A stretch of 63,561 nucleotides of DNA, counting the filler, from Asterionella formosa (Eukaryota), in NCBI GenBank assembly GCA_002256025.1. It is 11 parts of 11 records of this genome, joined end to end, with 100 filler letters (N's around TTAATTAATTAA, not from the genome) between each part and the next. Parts side by side here need not be neighbours in the genome. Positions count along the whole stretch, not along the records: positions 18,014 to 35,895 come from NKIB01004232.1; 10 more parts are not named here. The stretch is one strand, 5' to 3'. The translations under genes were made by a program, and so were the position numbers. The notes under the pieces were generated by a model. The model was not told the DNA's origin, ran no database searches, and worked only from the letters and a program-made list of their open reading frames with translations. Below are positions 23,270 through 34,869 of the stretch, in pieces. The first letter of the stretch is position 1, and each line of letters starts with the position of its first letter.

Positions 23270-25044
23270 TCATTCACTGACCTTTGATGTAGGACAATGA
23301 TGCCTCTTCATCAAGGTCAAAACATGAGAGAGTGACTCTATCATGCTCTTTCGATGACTAGGACTGAAATGAAGGAAATCATTAGCTTGAAGCCCCATCA
23401 TCAGGATCAGTAAATTGCTAGTTATTTCGATCAGAGAAGATTGCTCTACTTGATCCTCAGGGTGCAAATTCAGATTCGACATGGAATGCTGTTTCACAGC
23501 CAACCCCGCAAAGCCATGCTTATTTGTCTCACTTCCAATTTGATCAGAAGCCTTTCTCTTGAGTGTGGTAGTAGTTGGAACTTTAGAGAATGTATCAATG
23601 TCCTTGAATTCCCTGACATTGTTGTCAGGTTGTAAGATCAACGGAGAAAACGACTGTTCTACCATGAAACTTTGAGATTCACAGGACCATTGTCGCAAGC
23701 TAGCAGACTTCGGATCGGAATTTGTTGGAGGTGACAACTCGGTAGTGGATGAAAAAGCAGTGTCTTGACCGTGACCACGAAGCGAAATTGGAATAGCCAA
23801 CACGATTGGTTCAAGCTCCTGAGCGGCGTTGTTAACGTTTGGTTTACACTCAGGTACATAACCTGAATGAGACATTATATAGGAAGCATTCATTCTTGGG
23901 TTGTCTTTCAGCATGGGAACAAGTCGATCTTGACTGTTCGCCTTTTCGCCATCAAACTCAACAGGCAGGAATTCACCTTGCCACGGCCTTTTGTAATAGC
24001 CGTTTGAGGCAACAATCTCGTCAAGTTGCGTCACATGGAGCAATTCATTTTCACCCACCGAAGTATCCATGCCCGTTGTCATATTCTCTTGTAATGAGCT
24101 GGCAAACCTTCCAGGTTTACAGTGACCCACGCATTCATTACATATTAGAGGGGTTGAATACATTGGTCCCACAACTTTTGTGTGAGAATTCATGCAGATT
24201 CCTCCTGGAAAATTTCCAATGACGCTAATCGGTCTGTCGCTATGATCTCCATTTGGCGTCAATTGGCTTGCATCGGTTTGACTTGGAATGGCGGATTCAG
24301 AGGCCCATGGAAAGCCGTCCAGGATAAAGTCATCGTCATCATCACTCGAGAGTTCATCGAATTCCAACGCATGAATCGGAGCAAAATTTGGTAGGTCAAC
24401 TTTGGTGGTCGTTCGTGTGACGTGGCTTTCTTCATCATTTCCACTATAAAGTGTTTGCTTCGCCTTTGGTACGGCCTGTTGCTGCGAACGAGTCACAGAT
24501 GTATGGCGCAGGTTGTCTTTCGTCGCAGCCACTATTGGTTGTGTGATCACTTCTTCGGCACCTTTTCCACAGTTCTTGGAATTCTCTTTTTTCTTGAGTC
24601 GGAGTTTTGAAGCCTTTTCTTCTCGGAACAGCTGAGCTGTCTTTTCTCTGGCCATGGCGTCACCGACATCGTCCCACATGCAAGATTTTTCGTTTAACTT
24701 CAAAAAGCGACCAGGAGGTTGTTGAGTTGTTCGCCATTCTGTAACGGTTTGATGAGCTACTGATCCCCTTTCTGGACGAATCGTGTTGTTGTAGCAAACT
24801 GTTTTGGCTTTCACAAGCGCACGATATCGCCTGTTTCCTGGATCTGAGAAATGGATCAAGAAAGTTAGCAGACAAGTGAAGTAGTCGATTTCCCAGAAAT
24901 CTGTTGGAGGTACAAGGTGATTTTATTCTGCTGACGAAGATACTTACGATGGTTGGTTCCTCCTCCTCGTCCATACAAGACATCATTTGCATGAGGCGTC
25001 TGGATTCCTTTATGAGGCCAACAAAGGGGATTCATCTCGTCCAT
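23270..25044 (-). CDS. DUF6824-type diatom protein; join(complement 24948..25044, 23270..24843)
   Basis: Splicing (GTAAGT at 24947, CAG at 24844) gives PHANDVLYGRGGGTNHHPGNRRYRALV...QQPPGRFLKL...WDDVGDAMAREKTAQLFRE, the typical NDVLxGRG...HxGN...GRFL...AREKxxQxxR motif, followed by a low-complexity tail. Confidence 0.85.
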
Positions 25045-25428
25045 TGCTGCTTTTCGTTATTGCTGGAAACGAGGAAGCCTTATTCGCTATGCTATTTCAA
25101 GCTGTTTGTTCTGGAAAGTGACTTTGTGGTCGTTTTGATTCTTGTCGACGTCTCACAAAAGTATACCAGTAGGCTGATTAGATTTGTTGCGGAAATCTCA
25201 TGGAGTTTTCATCTATGGATGAGTAATTTGCTCTACAAATGCATTCATGCCCAGTAATGCATAGGTGTAGTATTGTGAATAGCAGAGTGCCGGAATTACA
25301 TATATATATATAAATAAATTCTTGCATACAATTTTCTTTCTCTCTCAATACCTACCATAGTTTTGGTCTTGTACACGACAAAAGATCATTCGATGGATAG
25401 AAATAAGCGAGGTACCAGAGAGTACCAG

Positions 25429-25529
25429 CAAGTTCCGGTACCTGGTGCCAGGTAGTTGTTCTCAAATTAAACATTACGCTATCTTTATTCTATATGTTCA
25501 CTGTAATGTTTCAAAATGACCGCATCTTG
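25429..25529. mobile_element. Degenerate copy of the 85-bp mini inverted-repeat element with a 14-nt insertion in its left arm
   Basis: caagttccggta[cctggtgccaggta]gttgttct ... caaaatgaccgcatcttg. Confidence 0.55.
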
Positions 25530-25612
25530 CAGGGACATCACCTGGTACCAACCAGCCAACCAGGATACCGGTATTCTGATTGCTCCGGTGTATTTGTACA
25601 GTTTCTTTTTTA

Positions 25613-25995
25613 CTTACCAGGACCATTTTGTTACTCCCCCCTATATACCGTAAACTTCTTAAAATCTCCAGGTACTTTTCCTGTTTTGTGGAGCACGCTT
25701 ATATGTGATCTAATTTAAACGGTTGTGGAGTTATTGTTAAACGCTAACCCTATTCCGCCAAATTTTGGGGATTTTGGCAACATTTCGTGACATCATCGGA
25801 CACAAAAATAAATAGCAAAAGACCCCATCCAGATAGACATTTAGCATAACCACATAAACACATGTTTTAGAAGAATGAAACCAGGTACAAATTTTGACTC
25901 CAGTGAAAATTATACTATTTTTTTCTTACCAGGACCAGTTTGTTACTCCCCCTATGTACCGTAAAGATCTTAAAATCTCCAGGTACTTTTCCTGT
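25613..25995. repeat. Two ~72-bp direct repeats (25613..25684, 25925..25995), probably TE termini
   Basis: cttaccaggacca.tttgttactcccc..ctat.taccgtaaa..tcttaaaatctccaggtacttttcctgt twice. Confidence 0.85.
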
Positions 25996-27287
25996 AATGG
26001 ACAATTACATCGATTAAAGCATGATATTTTAACAAGGTCATATGAAACAAGGCAATTTTCTTTGGCACGAAAAATTGTGTTTATAAGTGATTCATTACAT
26101 ACAGAAAACAAACAGAAGAAGATGAGTAAACTGAACATCAACTTAACTGAGCGAGGTTATTTCAACAGAGATTGATTTCGAAGGAATGATTCCGGATGCA
26201 AGGATGTTGCTTAGTACCTCGCCTGATAATTTGGGAATATCGCCTACCAAGAACTATTTACCATACATGACAAGATCTAAGAACAAACGATGCAACGACT
26301 GTTTCGAATAAATGCGAGGAGTATTTGATGGAACCGACAAGATGATAAAATGGGGACACCACCAGTCTAAGAGCGATGCAAATACTTCGAAAAAACATGC
26401 AAAAAAATATTATATTTTCTAGCCGTCGCCTAGAAAAATAACTACATATAAGATCAGGGGTATCGTATGATAACTGGCACAGAAATTTTCTGTCCATGAT
26501 AGTACGCATTTTGTTATTTGTGTAAAAGGTAGGTACATACTATTCATATGAATATTTGATTAGCATGTTTATCCTTATAATGTTTGATCATATTGTTCTA
26601 TTATTGATCCATATTGACTCATAACGGCAACCACAACAAGTAATCATACAAATACAGTAATTGAGTAACAACAACTCAAGTCGAAATCACTACTTCTCTT
26701 GGAATTTCAATTTCTCTTCTCATAACCATGAATTACTAATTGTTTTTACAAGATCATCATTGATTTACCTTAGCTACATCCTATATTTTGTATTTGTTCA
26801 TCTTATAGCCATATTCATAACATCGTATTTCTATGTATCTGTCCAAAATACGTGGAAACTGATTGTAATTTCGCTACTAAATGTAGAATTGTTTCTATTA
26901 TCTATCTCTATGAAGAGTTATTTTACACCATCTCACTCCTGTTCAATCTCTTGTCTGTTGCGTCCATAATACCCCTTTTCTGACACAACCACTGTATCTG
27001 CCTACTTCGGACTTTCCCTTGTACTTGTCTGATTCTGAAGGATAAACTGATGTTGCTGATAGCGGCGGGTTGCCTCTCCCCCCCCATTCCCTTGTTGTAC
27101 TCTGTATCAGAGCTTTCCTTCATTATTAGTAATCATGTTAATGTTGTAACAACTGCAAAACAAATACTTGTTAGTCATATTATTCTTATGCAACAACACG
27201 CAGTTCATTCTATTTTCACTTACCATGAATAGATGTATTCCGTCACACAGGATTTCTCAACACAATGTGTCAAACGATCCATTTTGA

Positions 27288-27573
27288 TTGTTCACTGTAT
27301 TAACTAATGGGAAGTATAAGTGTGTTAGGCTTGTCTTGTCCAGCTTTTAATACAACAGGCAGGTCCAAACATGATGGTATGGTGCGTCACTTACCGCAAC
27401 AATGGTACGAATCCATGTTCAGTTTCCATATTCCTCAACAAATCATTAAGGCATTGATGTTCAGATCTTCCATATACTCTTTATTTACAATCACTCTGAT
27501 AGATGTAAAAGGATGTGTTACTTATGATCTAACAGGTGATTCTTGTGAGCATTGATCCAACGACAGCTCTTAC
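27288..27573 (-). pseudogene. Duplicated intron-exon-intron relic, copy 2
   Basis: Homologous to 20555..20814 with the same splice signals; the exon has an in-frame stop. Confidence 0.55.
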
Positions 27574-27860
27574 AATTATTCTCAAGAAAAATTTCTTTTT
27601 TCAAGAACAGTTCACCACCTGTTACCCTTGGTGGAAATGAATCATCCATTTTTTCAATGTTTGATAGGAAGGAGCTTGATACTATGGCTAAGTAGGCTAC
27701 TTAGCCGTAGTATATAAGTGATATATGTATGATACTCCAACTAGTAGCTATAGGGGTACCCCGGTAGGCTGTTGCATCTGGCGTGATAAGTATTAGCAAG
27801 GCCATCAGGGGTAATGTTTGTGTTTGTGGGTCATTGAGAAAATCTATTCTTATTTGCAAA

Positions 27861-27975
27861 TTCTAGTCGTACTAGTCTGCCATTTCTAGTCGTAGTCAGC
27901 AGTTTCTAGTGGTAGTCAGGAGTTTCTAGTCGTAGTCAGTATATTCTAGTCATTGTAAGCAAGTTCTAAACGTAG
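27861..27975. repeat. 20-bp minisatellite (tttctagtcgtagtcagNag), about 5-6 degenerate units
   Basis: Tandem units are directly visible. Confidence 0.85.
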
Positions 27976-29543
27976 AAAGTAGGATTCCTATGTGGATTGC
28001 GAAGCTAGAAGACGGTTTCTGAACCCGTTCATCAGTCACCAAATCCGAGTCGTGTTAAGAGACGGATTCTGCAAATTGTCATCTGTCAATAAGAGTAACG
28101 TTTTCCTAAATTATTTTTAAGAATAATATTTTCATCGAAAGCTGGCTTATCTCGTCTAGTAGCAGGCATGATACGATCCATTGGGAGTGCGTCGAATCTG
28201 AAAAGGTGCACATAAAATGTATGTTACCGGACCTTCCAGGTGACCTTGTACCCACCAGTACCAGCACCATTCAACAATGCACGCTTGCCAATGTGTAACT
28301 GAGATGTCTGTTCTAGGTTCACTTGACGATTATAAATTATCAGGATAGGGCTTTGCTTAGGGTTTATTATACTATGCATCTCATCATCAGAAAATATACA
28401 TGGTACCCTTTCTAAGTTTGCCTGTTGATACTATCATATTTTATAATACCCCCTTGTAAGCTGCCTATGGTCTTGGTCGATATAGCAATAATAAAAAATG
28501 CATGCTCATTTACTATATATAATCATGAGCTCCCCCAGTGAGTTGAGCTGTCCAGCATCTTGGAAAGGTCTCATCTTCATATAGCTATGGAAGAATCAAT
28601 AGTGCGAAAAAACCATTTCAACAGTATAAGTGGGCTCATATCATTTCATTTTGGCTGTGTATATATGCTAAGTGCATGGGAGCATTCCATGGCTTTGGTC
28701 ATTGTTCTGAGGACGAAATTTGGATACTGTCTTATTCTATACTACTTCCCAGTCCCTTGAGCTGTCCAACATTAAGAAGAAGGTCTCATAGTCGGATAGT
28801 TATGATTGAATAACTAGCCAGTAGTGATGATAGCGGTTGATTAGTACTGGCTGTAGTATTTCTACTAAATTTGATTTGTATTCATGTATGAAGTTCTATT
28901 CATAGATCATAACATATCTGATAGTAGTGATTCATAATACCGGGAACACTGGTGGTGAAGAATTATTAAACGAACATAATGCTGGAATCTTTATCATATT
29001 ACTGACACTAGCACTGCTTCCCACCCCCTTTTCATCCTTTGCATTACTGCCAGAGTACATTGTCATTTTCTTTTGTTGCACTGTATGTCATCAACAACAT
29101 TTCTTTCTTCCTCTTTCATCACATTGCTTGCTCTGATGAATATAGGACTCAAGAAAAGACATTTGTTGCTTTTTGGTCATCTTTCACCACCCCATCTTGG
29201 CTAAGTCTGGGCTTGAGCTACTTATTTACATTGCGCTACCTAAAATGCATCCAAGATTCTTGAATTTAATGTGATGCATTAACAAAATAGCATTTGTATA
29301 TTCCAAACTTCACTAGTCAATATTATTCAGATCAAATCCAATTTTTTTAAGATATTGTAGCAGACCAATAGATAGCTATTGCACTATGATAATAGTACAG
29401 CAATCTAGGCTGATTAAAAACTAGCAATTCTAGATACTGATCAAGGGTCATCAAGATAGTGATCCGCTTCATTTTAGTCCAAGAAATTGAATGAGCTCCA
29501 TTGAGTCACTCTCATATGTTTGGACCAAGATGGCGGAGTAGAA

Positions 29544-29918
29544 CGTCCAAGTGAGCTCATCCTAGCTAAATAGTCATGACTCACAGTCGAATGAGTCGAC
29601 TTTGGCATGGTTGTACCAAGCTGACATCAAACACACGATACTTTCTGGGATATTGAGCTGGTGGATGATATAGACCATTTGGAAGACCAAGAGTGTGAAT
29701 CTAATTATCAATGCTTATACATCTATGATCAAAGAATGTGAGATAGACATGAGTCTTTCAATGATTTTTTTGATCTGATAAATGCAAACAGCATTTCGAG
29801 ATTGTTTGTTTGATTATTCAAACTGAACAAACCTAAAAGTAGCTTTATAACTCACAACGAGAATAAAGCATTTGTTTAATGATAGCTAGATCTATCTAGA
29901 AAAGGTAACACCTTAACA
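29544..29918 (+). mobile_element. Diverged solo LTR related to 18807..19208
   Basis: Shares aagtgagctcatc, tgtaccaagct..catcaa, ctatgatca, tgtgagatagacatg, aaatgcaaacagcattt and the end aaaaggtaa.ac.ttaaca. No intact TSD. Confidence 0.8.
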
Positions 29919-30250
29919 GCGTAATACTGTCTACAATTTTTCATATTGTTTGGTATGGCCTTGAGTGGGCTGCGTTTCTTAAGGATGATTGCAAAAAATG
30001 ATATGAATATAGTTATCAACTGAATACCGCAAATTTCTTAACTACTCGGGCCCATCCATTGTATGTTTTCTTTATGATTTGTTTAATCCCTACCACTTGC
30101 TTGACGAGTTTAGATTCTTAAAGGAAACCCTAATGCGATTAGAATGGAATGACTGTTTCGAGCTTTCGGATTTTACTCCTTTGCTACGTAATGTTTGGAT
30201 GTCAACCTAGTGCGTGAAAATCAAAACTTAAGAATAGTACATCCATTCAT

Positions 30251-30899
30251 TTATTCATCGGCTTCTTGTGAGTTGACAGGATGCCAAGTCTCACAAAGAA
30301 TTGTGTCGTCTGCGATTCGTTCTCTACTCTCTGGCACCAAAATTTTGCCCATTAATGTGTCATACTCATCATCGACAGTAAGGCCAAGTTCAACGCAATT
30401 CTGTATTAATGTTAGAGTGAGAGATGTGTGCCAACGAATACAAACCATATAAACAAAGATATTGTACTTACGTCATCCTCCCCAATTTCAATATCGCAAA
30501 GTAAGTCCTGATATCGAATTATATCACCCTCTTCCTTGTGCCATTTCACCACGATTCCTATAACGATACGTGTACATTTGGGTGAATAATTATTTCTAAT
30601 ATAGATAGGAATTTGTTTATACCTCTTGTATTATGAAACACAACTTTGCACAGAGGTTCTCGTCTACACATGCATAGATAGATACATACAGACTCATACT
30701 TACCACCATTGCATCCGATGCTGGGCATACAAATGTTGACCTTTTCTGTGAATTGACTGACATTTGTTTTTGTTGTCTTTTTCCCACTCGAATTTGAGGA
30801 ACTAGTCGTCAATGATCTGAACGGTAATGAGCAATGATGGGGGAAATGTACAACCCGGTTGCAACGCTGTAAGTACGTCGATAGTGATATCCACTTCAT
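30251..30899 (-). CDS. Stand-alone biotinyl/lipoyl-like (single hybrid motif) protein, about 143 aa, probably mitochondrial; exons 30704..30899, 30472..30557, 30251..30400
   Basis: Two GTAAGT...YAG introns keep the frame and give ICMPSIGCNGGIVVKWHKEEGDIIRYQDLLCDIEIGEDDNCVELG...MGKILVPE (cf. E2 lipoyl MPxL...GxIxxWxKxEGDxVxxGDxLCEIETDKA). Ser/Arg-rich N-terminus. Confidence 0.8.
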
Positions 30900-31071
30900 T
30901 ATTATTATTGTCAACACAAGGATGATGAATGGCGGATGATGTTTGTGAAATGTTTCTTGTGGCTTGCCTTGATCTTTCGTCCTCTTGGAAAATTGGAACA
31001 GTATAAATTGGTATGTACCAGTACCATTATGCGAGCATGCCAGCAAGGAGTTTACGTACCAGGTACCAGAG

Positions 31072-31156
31072 CAAGTTGCGATACAGCTGAAGCTAAATAG
31101 TTAGCTTACTTTATCCATTATCAAATTGTTTATTTAAGCAAAATGACCGCAACTTG
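31072..31156. mobile_element. 85-bp mini inverted-repeat element, copy upstream of the lipoyl-like gene
   Basis: caagttgcg...ttagct..ctttat...atttaagcaaaatgaccgcaacttg; the right end is identical to copy 1 over more than 25 bp. Confidence 0.75.
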
Positions 31157-31838
31157 CAGGTACCAGGTGGACCGGTACTGGTACTGGTACCTGGTAAAAA
31201 GCACGGTCAAAAGACCCAAGATACCAATGGCACAATCAGGGTGGTAATTGCACGGTGAATGGACACAATTCACGTAGGACTTGTCACTTATGATGAAGTA
31301 CTTCTTTTTAAGATGAGCATTTATGTGCCGAAGCAAGCATGTTTCAAAAACCAAATCCATTGAGATTCATGTGAACGAATAGGTTTAAGGGTTAATCAAG
31401 AATAGGGAGACGAAAAATTTGTTTCCTATCGATTATTTAGCATTTTCTCGGTTGTTGGCAAAGTAACCGTATGCATATGCACAGAACCAAACCTGATGTT
31501 CAAAATCGGATTCCTGTTGTGTTACATGAATACCTGTTCCCAAGAAGAATTGTTATCCTGGCAAGATTGCTACCACTAGGTTACCTATTCATAGGATGAG
31601 GTATCCATCTGATGCAACCAACCATTTGGAAACTATGCCAATAATTCCAACTATTTCGCAATTCCCAATAAGGTTAAGGAACCCAAATGAAGTCTACTAC
31701 TTCTTGTTGGTCAGCTAATACATACCCATATTTAACGACGGTATACTCGGAAGAGATGTATGTTGCAAATCGCAAAAATATGCAGCTGAATAGTGCACAG
31801 GGGGCTGATGTGAGTTTGGAATCAGTCACGAAATGTCG

Positions 31839-33683
31839 TCACTGCTCGCTCACCGACTTCACTATCTGTGGTGACTTCCGTTTCACAAGGCGCAAAACCA
31901 TTGGTCTGGATGATTTGGTAATAATGCCTAGCTTTTTCAGTGGATTGGCATATTGAGGATCAGGATGATAGCTACTTTCGCCGGTTTGAATCTTGGACGT
32001 CCATGTCCGGACGACCGATGGAAGCGTGTCATAAGCTAGTGTGCCATCCTCGTGCGTTGATGATTGCAAAATGTTCCAATACTCCTCAAAGTTCTCTTGA
32101 AAACGCAGTTGCAGCTCTGGTCTCGTTACCTTTTTGCGAGCAACAGCACGCGAGTGTTCACCGATTATACCAAGTTCCTTTAATTCTGAAAGGTAATCGG
32201 AGTCGGGATCATATCGTAGGGTACCACCAAGTACGCTTGATGCCCATAATAGGGCCTTTTCGTTGATACCAGACTCATCAATATCATAACCGTGTGAATT
32301 ATCAAGGTAGACTGGAATGCGACGTCCGAATTCCTCAAAGAAGGTGTGGCCGCGCTCGCTGTTGATGAATGCATGGAACGTCGGGAGATGATATTTACAT
32401 TTCTCATCAAAGGTCCTCATTACATTCTTTCCCAATGCAGCTGGTGTGAAAGAAAACGGAACTTCACCTGCTCTGAGGAGCTGTCTCGACTTTCTTGTCA
32501 AAAGTCCGAGTCCTGCTAGCCTCGGTGCATACGATGCCTCAAAAAGGTACGCGCCGTGCTTTATACTTTCTGCCCAATTGCGCGCCTGCTTGGAAACATG
32601 AGTTGAAAATCCGAATAAACTTCCGTTCTTTTCATAATATTCCTCCAGCTCTGGGAGTAACATTTCGCATCTTTCATCAAAAGACTTGAACAATATAGAG
32701 TCAGCCGGTTTGAAAGACACAGGAAGTTCACCATCTCTGAGCAATTGTCTAGATTTCTCCGACAAGATTCCTAGTCGTTCGAGTCTCGCTGCGTGCTCCC
32801 CCAAGAACATCGTTTCTCCCATCTTGATTCGACTTGCCCAACCAGATGCCTCCTTTGATATCTCCTTCGAATATTGTGATAACATACCATGTCTTTCATA
32901 ATATGCCTCGAGTTCCGGGAGATAGATTTCGCAGCTTTCTTCAAAAGACTTGTGTGATACAATGTCAGTTGGCTGAAAGACTACTGGTGTTTCGCCTTTT
33001 CTTAGTCGCTGCCTAGATTTCGGCGACAAGATTCCAAGTCGCTCTAGCCTAGATGCATATTCTGCCAAGAACATCGTGTCTCCATGTCTGATACTGGTTG
33101 CCCAACTCGATGCTCCCTTCGATATCTCTTTTGAAGTATAGCTTAACACTCCATGCATTTCAAAATAATCCTCAAGCTCTGGCAAATACATTTCGCACCT
33201 CTCTTCAAATGGCTTGCTGCGAGAATATACGACCAGCACTACTGGATCAAATGCTACAGGAGATTCACCTTGTTCCAAGTATTGAATTGACTTCTCCGTC
33301 AACAGACCAAGTCGCTGCAATCTTGTGGCATACTCAGCCAAAAACTTGGTTCGTCCGAGCCTGATCCCACTGGCCCATTTCGATGCGTTTGCCGAAAGTT
33401 TTTGCTTCCTATCCTGACGATGATCCTCCAGCTCTGGAAGGTACTTTTCATGGAGCTCCCTCGGGGCTAATCGTTTGGATGGCTTTGCTTGTATAAATGT
33501 ATCAACAGCTTGCTGTTCTGTTTTCTGATAACTTTCAGTATTTTTGCTTGTTGTGAATAATTCTTGATTGAGGCGGAGCTTTGAGTAATGTTGCTCGCAT
33601 GAGATGAATCCCTGACAGCAAGTTAGTAACCATAGGCAGAGAAAGCACCCAAAGAGTGGAAGGAAGGAAGGGTATGTTGTCAT
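31839..33683 (-). CDS. 614-aa tandem-repeat protein (four well-conserved ~88-aa and two diverged HA-like repeats), predicted plastid-targeted
   Basis: Single intact ORF. Signal peptide ends CCQG|FIS. Repeat consensus KSFEERCEMYLPELExYYExHGxL...SKEISKxASxWAxxIKxGxxxFLAEYAxRLERLGILSxKSRQxLRxGExPVxFxP. Confidence 0.85.
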   Translation of the reverse strand: MTTYPSFLPLFGCFLCLWLLTCCQGFISCEQHYSKLRLNQELFTTSKNTESYQKTEQQAVDTFIQAKPSKRLAPRELHEKYLPELEDHRQDRKQKLSANASKWASGIRLGRTKFLAEYATRLQRLGLLTEKSIQYLEQGESPVAFDPVVLVVYSRSKPFEERCEMYLPELEDYFEMHGVLSYTSKEISKGASSWATSIRHGDTMFLAEYASRLERLGILSPKSRQRLRKGETPVVFQPTDIVSHKSFEESCEIYLPELEAYYERHGMLSQYSKEISKEASGWASRIKMGETMFLGEHAARLERLGILSEKSRQLLRDGELPVSFKPADSILFKSFDERCEMLLPELEEYYEKNGSLFGFSTHVSKQARNWAESIKHGAYLFEASYAPRLAGLGLLTRKSRQLLRAGEVPFSFTPAALGKNVMRTFDEKCKYHLPTFHAFINSERGHTFFEEFGRRIPVYLDNSHGYDIDESGINEKALLWASSVLGGTLRYDPDSDYLSELKELGIIGEHSRAVARKKVTRPELQLRFQENFEEYWNILQSSTHEDGTLAYDTLPSVVRTWTSKIQTGESSYHPDPQYANPLKKLGIITKSSRPMVLRLVKRKSPQIVKSVSEQ

Positions 33684-33797
33684 TCTCCACTTGATGTTTT
33701 AATCTCGACGCCTTACTCGTTGTCGACCGGCACTTACGTCAACCAAGTCACCTGTGTGGCGAACACGTGGCACAACAAAGAATTGATTTTACATATC

Positions 33798-33815
33798 GGT
33801 TAGGGTTAGGGTTAG
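33798..33815. repeat. Short interstitial TTAGGG telomere-like repeat
   Basis: ggttagggttagggttag, about 115 bp upstream of the 33683 ATG. Confidence 0.6.
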
Positions 33816-34869
33816 TGACAGTGGCAATTCCAACCCTGTTGCACAGCACTGATTGCTGGGATCAATTGAGGTTCGTCCCCATGATGGAGGGTACCTTTTC
33901 AGCGTGTTAGAATAAAGTTTGATAACTATGGATCAACATGTATTGGCCACAATTAATCAGGGATGCCTGATCTACTTGCGCTATTTAACACCCAAACACA
34001 GTGACAATAATCCTGCTACAACAACATGTTTCATGATGAAAAAGAAGCTATCCCTATGAAGGAGGCGGATCATGGTTTCTTTGATAGTACCCTCCTCAAT
34101 GTCATGTTGCATCAACTGCAGAACTAAGCTATATGGACAATGATTTACTTAATTCAAGTTGGACAAACAAGATAAGACCCACAGTGGTGGCGAAGTTTAA
34201 ACACCTCCTTGCCTTTTAATTAAAGCATGGATACAGGAGAAACAGGCCATTTCAGGCTGCCTTGGTTCATTGAACCGACTGAATTCACAATCAATATTTT
34301 AAACCAAATCATCATTTAAGGGGGAGGAGTGAACCAAGGAAATAACACAGCCTGCAGCATGGTCTTGTCCAAAGATCTTCACTCGCTTGATCCATGGCGA
34401 GGAAGATCAACAGAGATAGGCGTAAAAAGAAGCGTGAATTCCTCAGCTACCTACATTGCCCAATGTCGGGGTTGCGTGTACATTCCCCTTACATGCCTTC
34501 TTAAGATTGAAGAAGACACCTTCCCCCTGCATATGGCCTCCTCCGTGACCATGGAGTATTCGGAATGCCCCATTCGAGGGTCTAATTTTTAATTCCAACA
34601 ATTATGACTTGTTCCAATTATTAGTACCTGATCATCCTCTGGTGCACATGGCTGAATCAAGGAGGAGAAGAAAATACAAACTTGTTATGTAGACTGTGAT
34701 ATTAACCAGCAATTATCATTTTATAAGTGGTTTTATCATAGATTGAAACACCGTTGATTACTTTCAATTAATACTCTGTATGGTACATACTCCGAGTATG
34801 CCGCTATGCATCATGCACAAGATAAAGTTGGTTTGTAAGATGTGTTCGGTTTGGTAGAAGTTTATATAA

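Noticed and set aside
27861..27975. CRISPR-like array
   Set aside because: Contiguous 20-bp tandem units without unique spacers, no cas genes, eukaryotic context.
33850..34600. Degenerate coding-like sequence between the two repeat-protein genes
   Set aside because: Too decayed to assign by eye.
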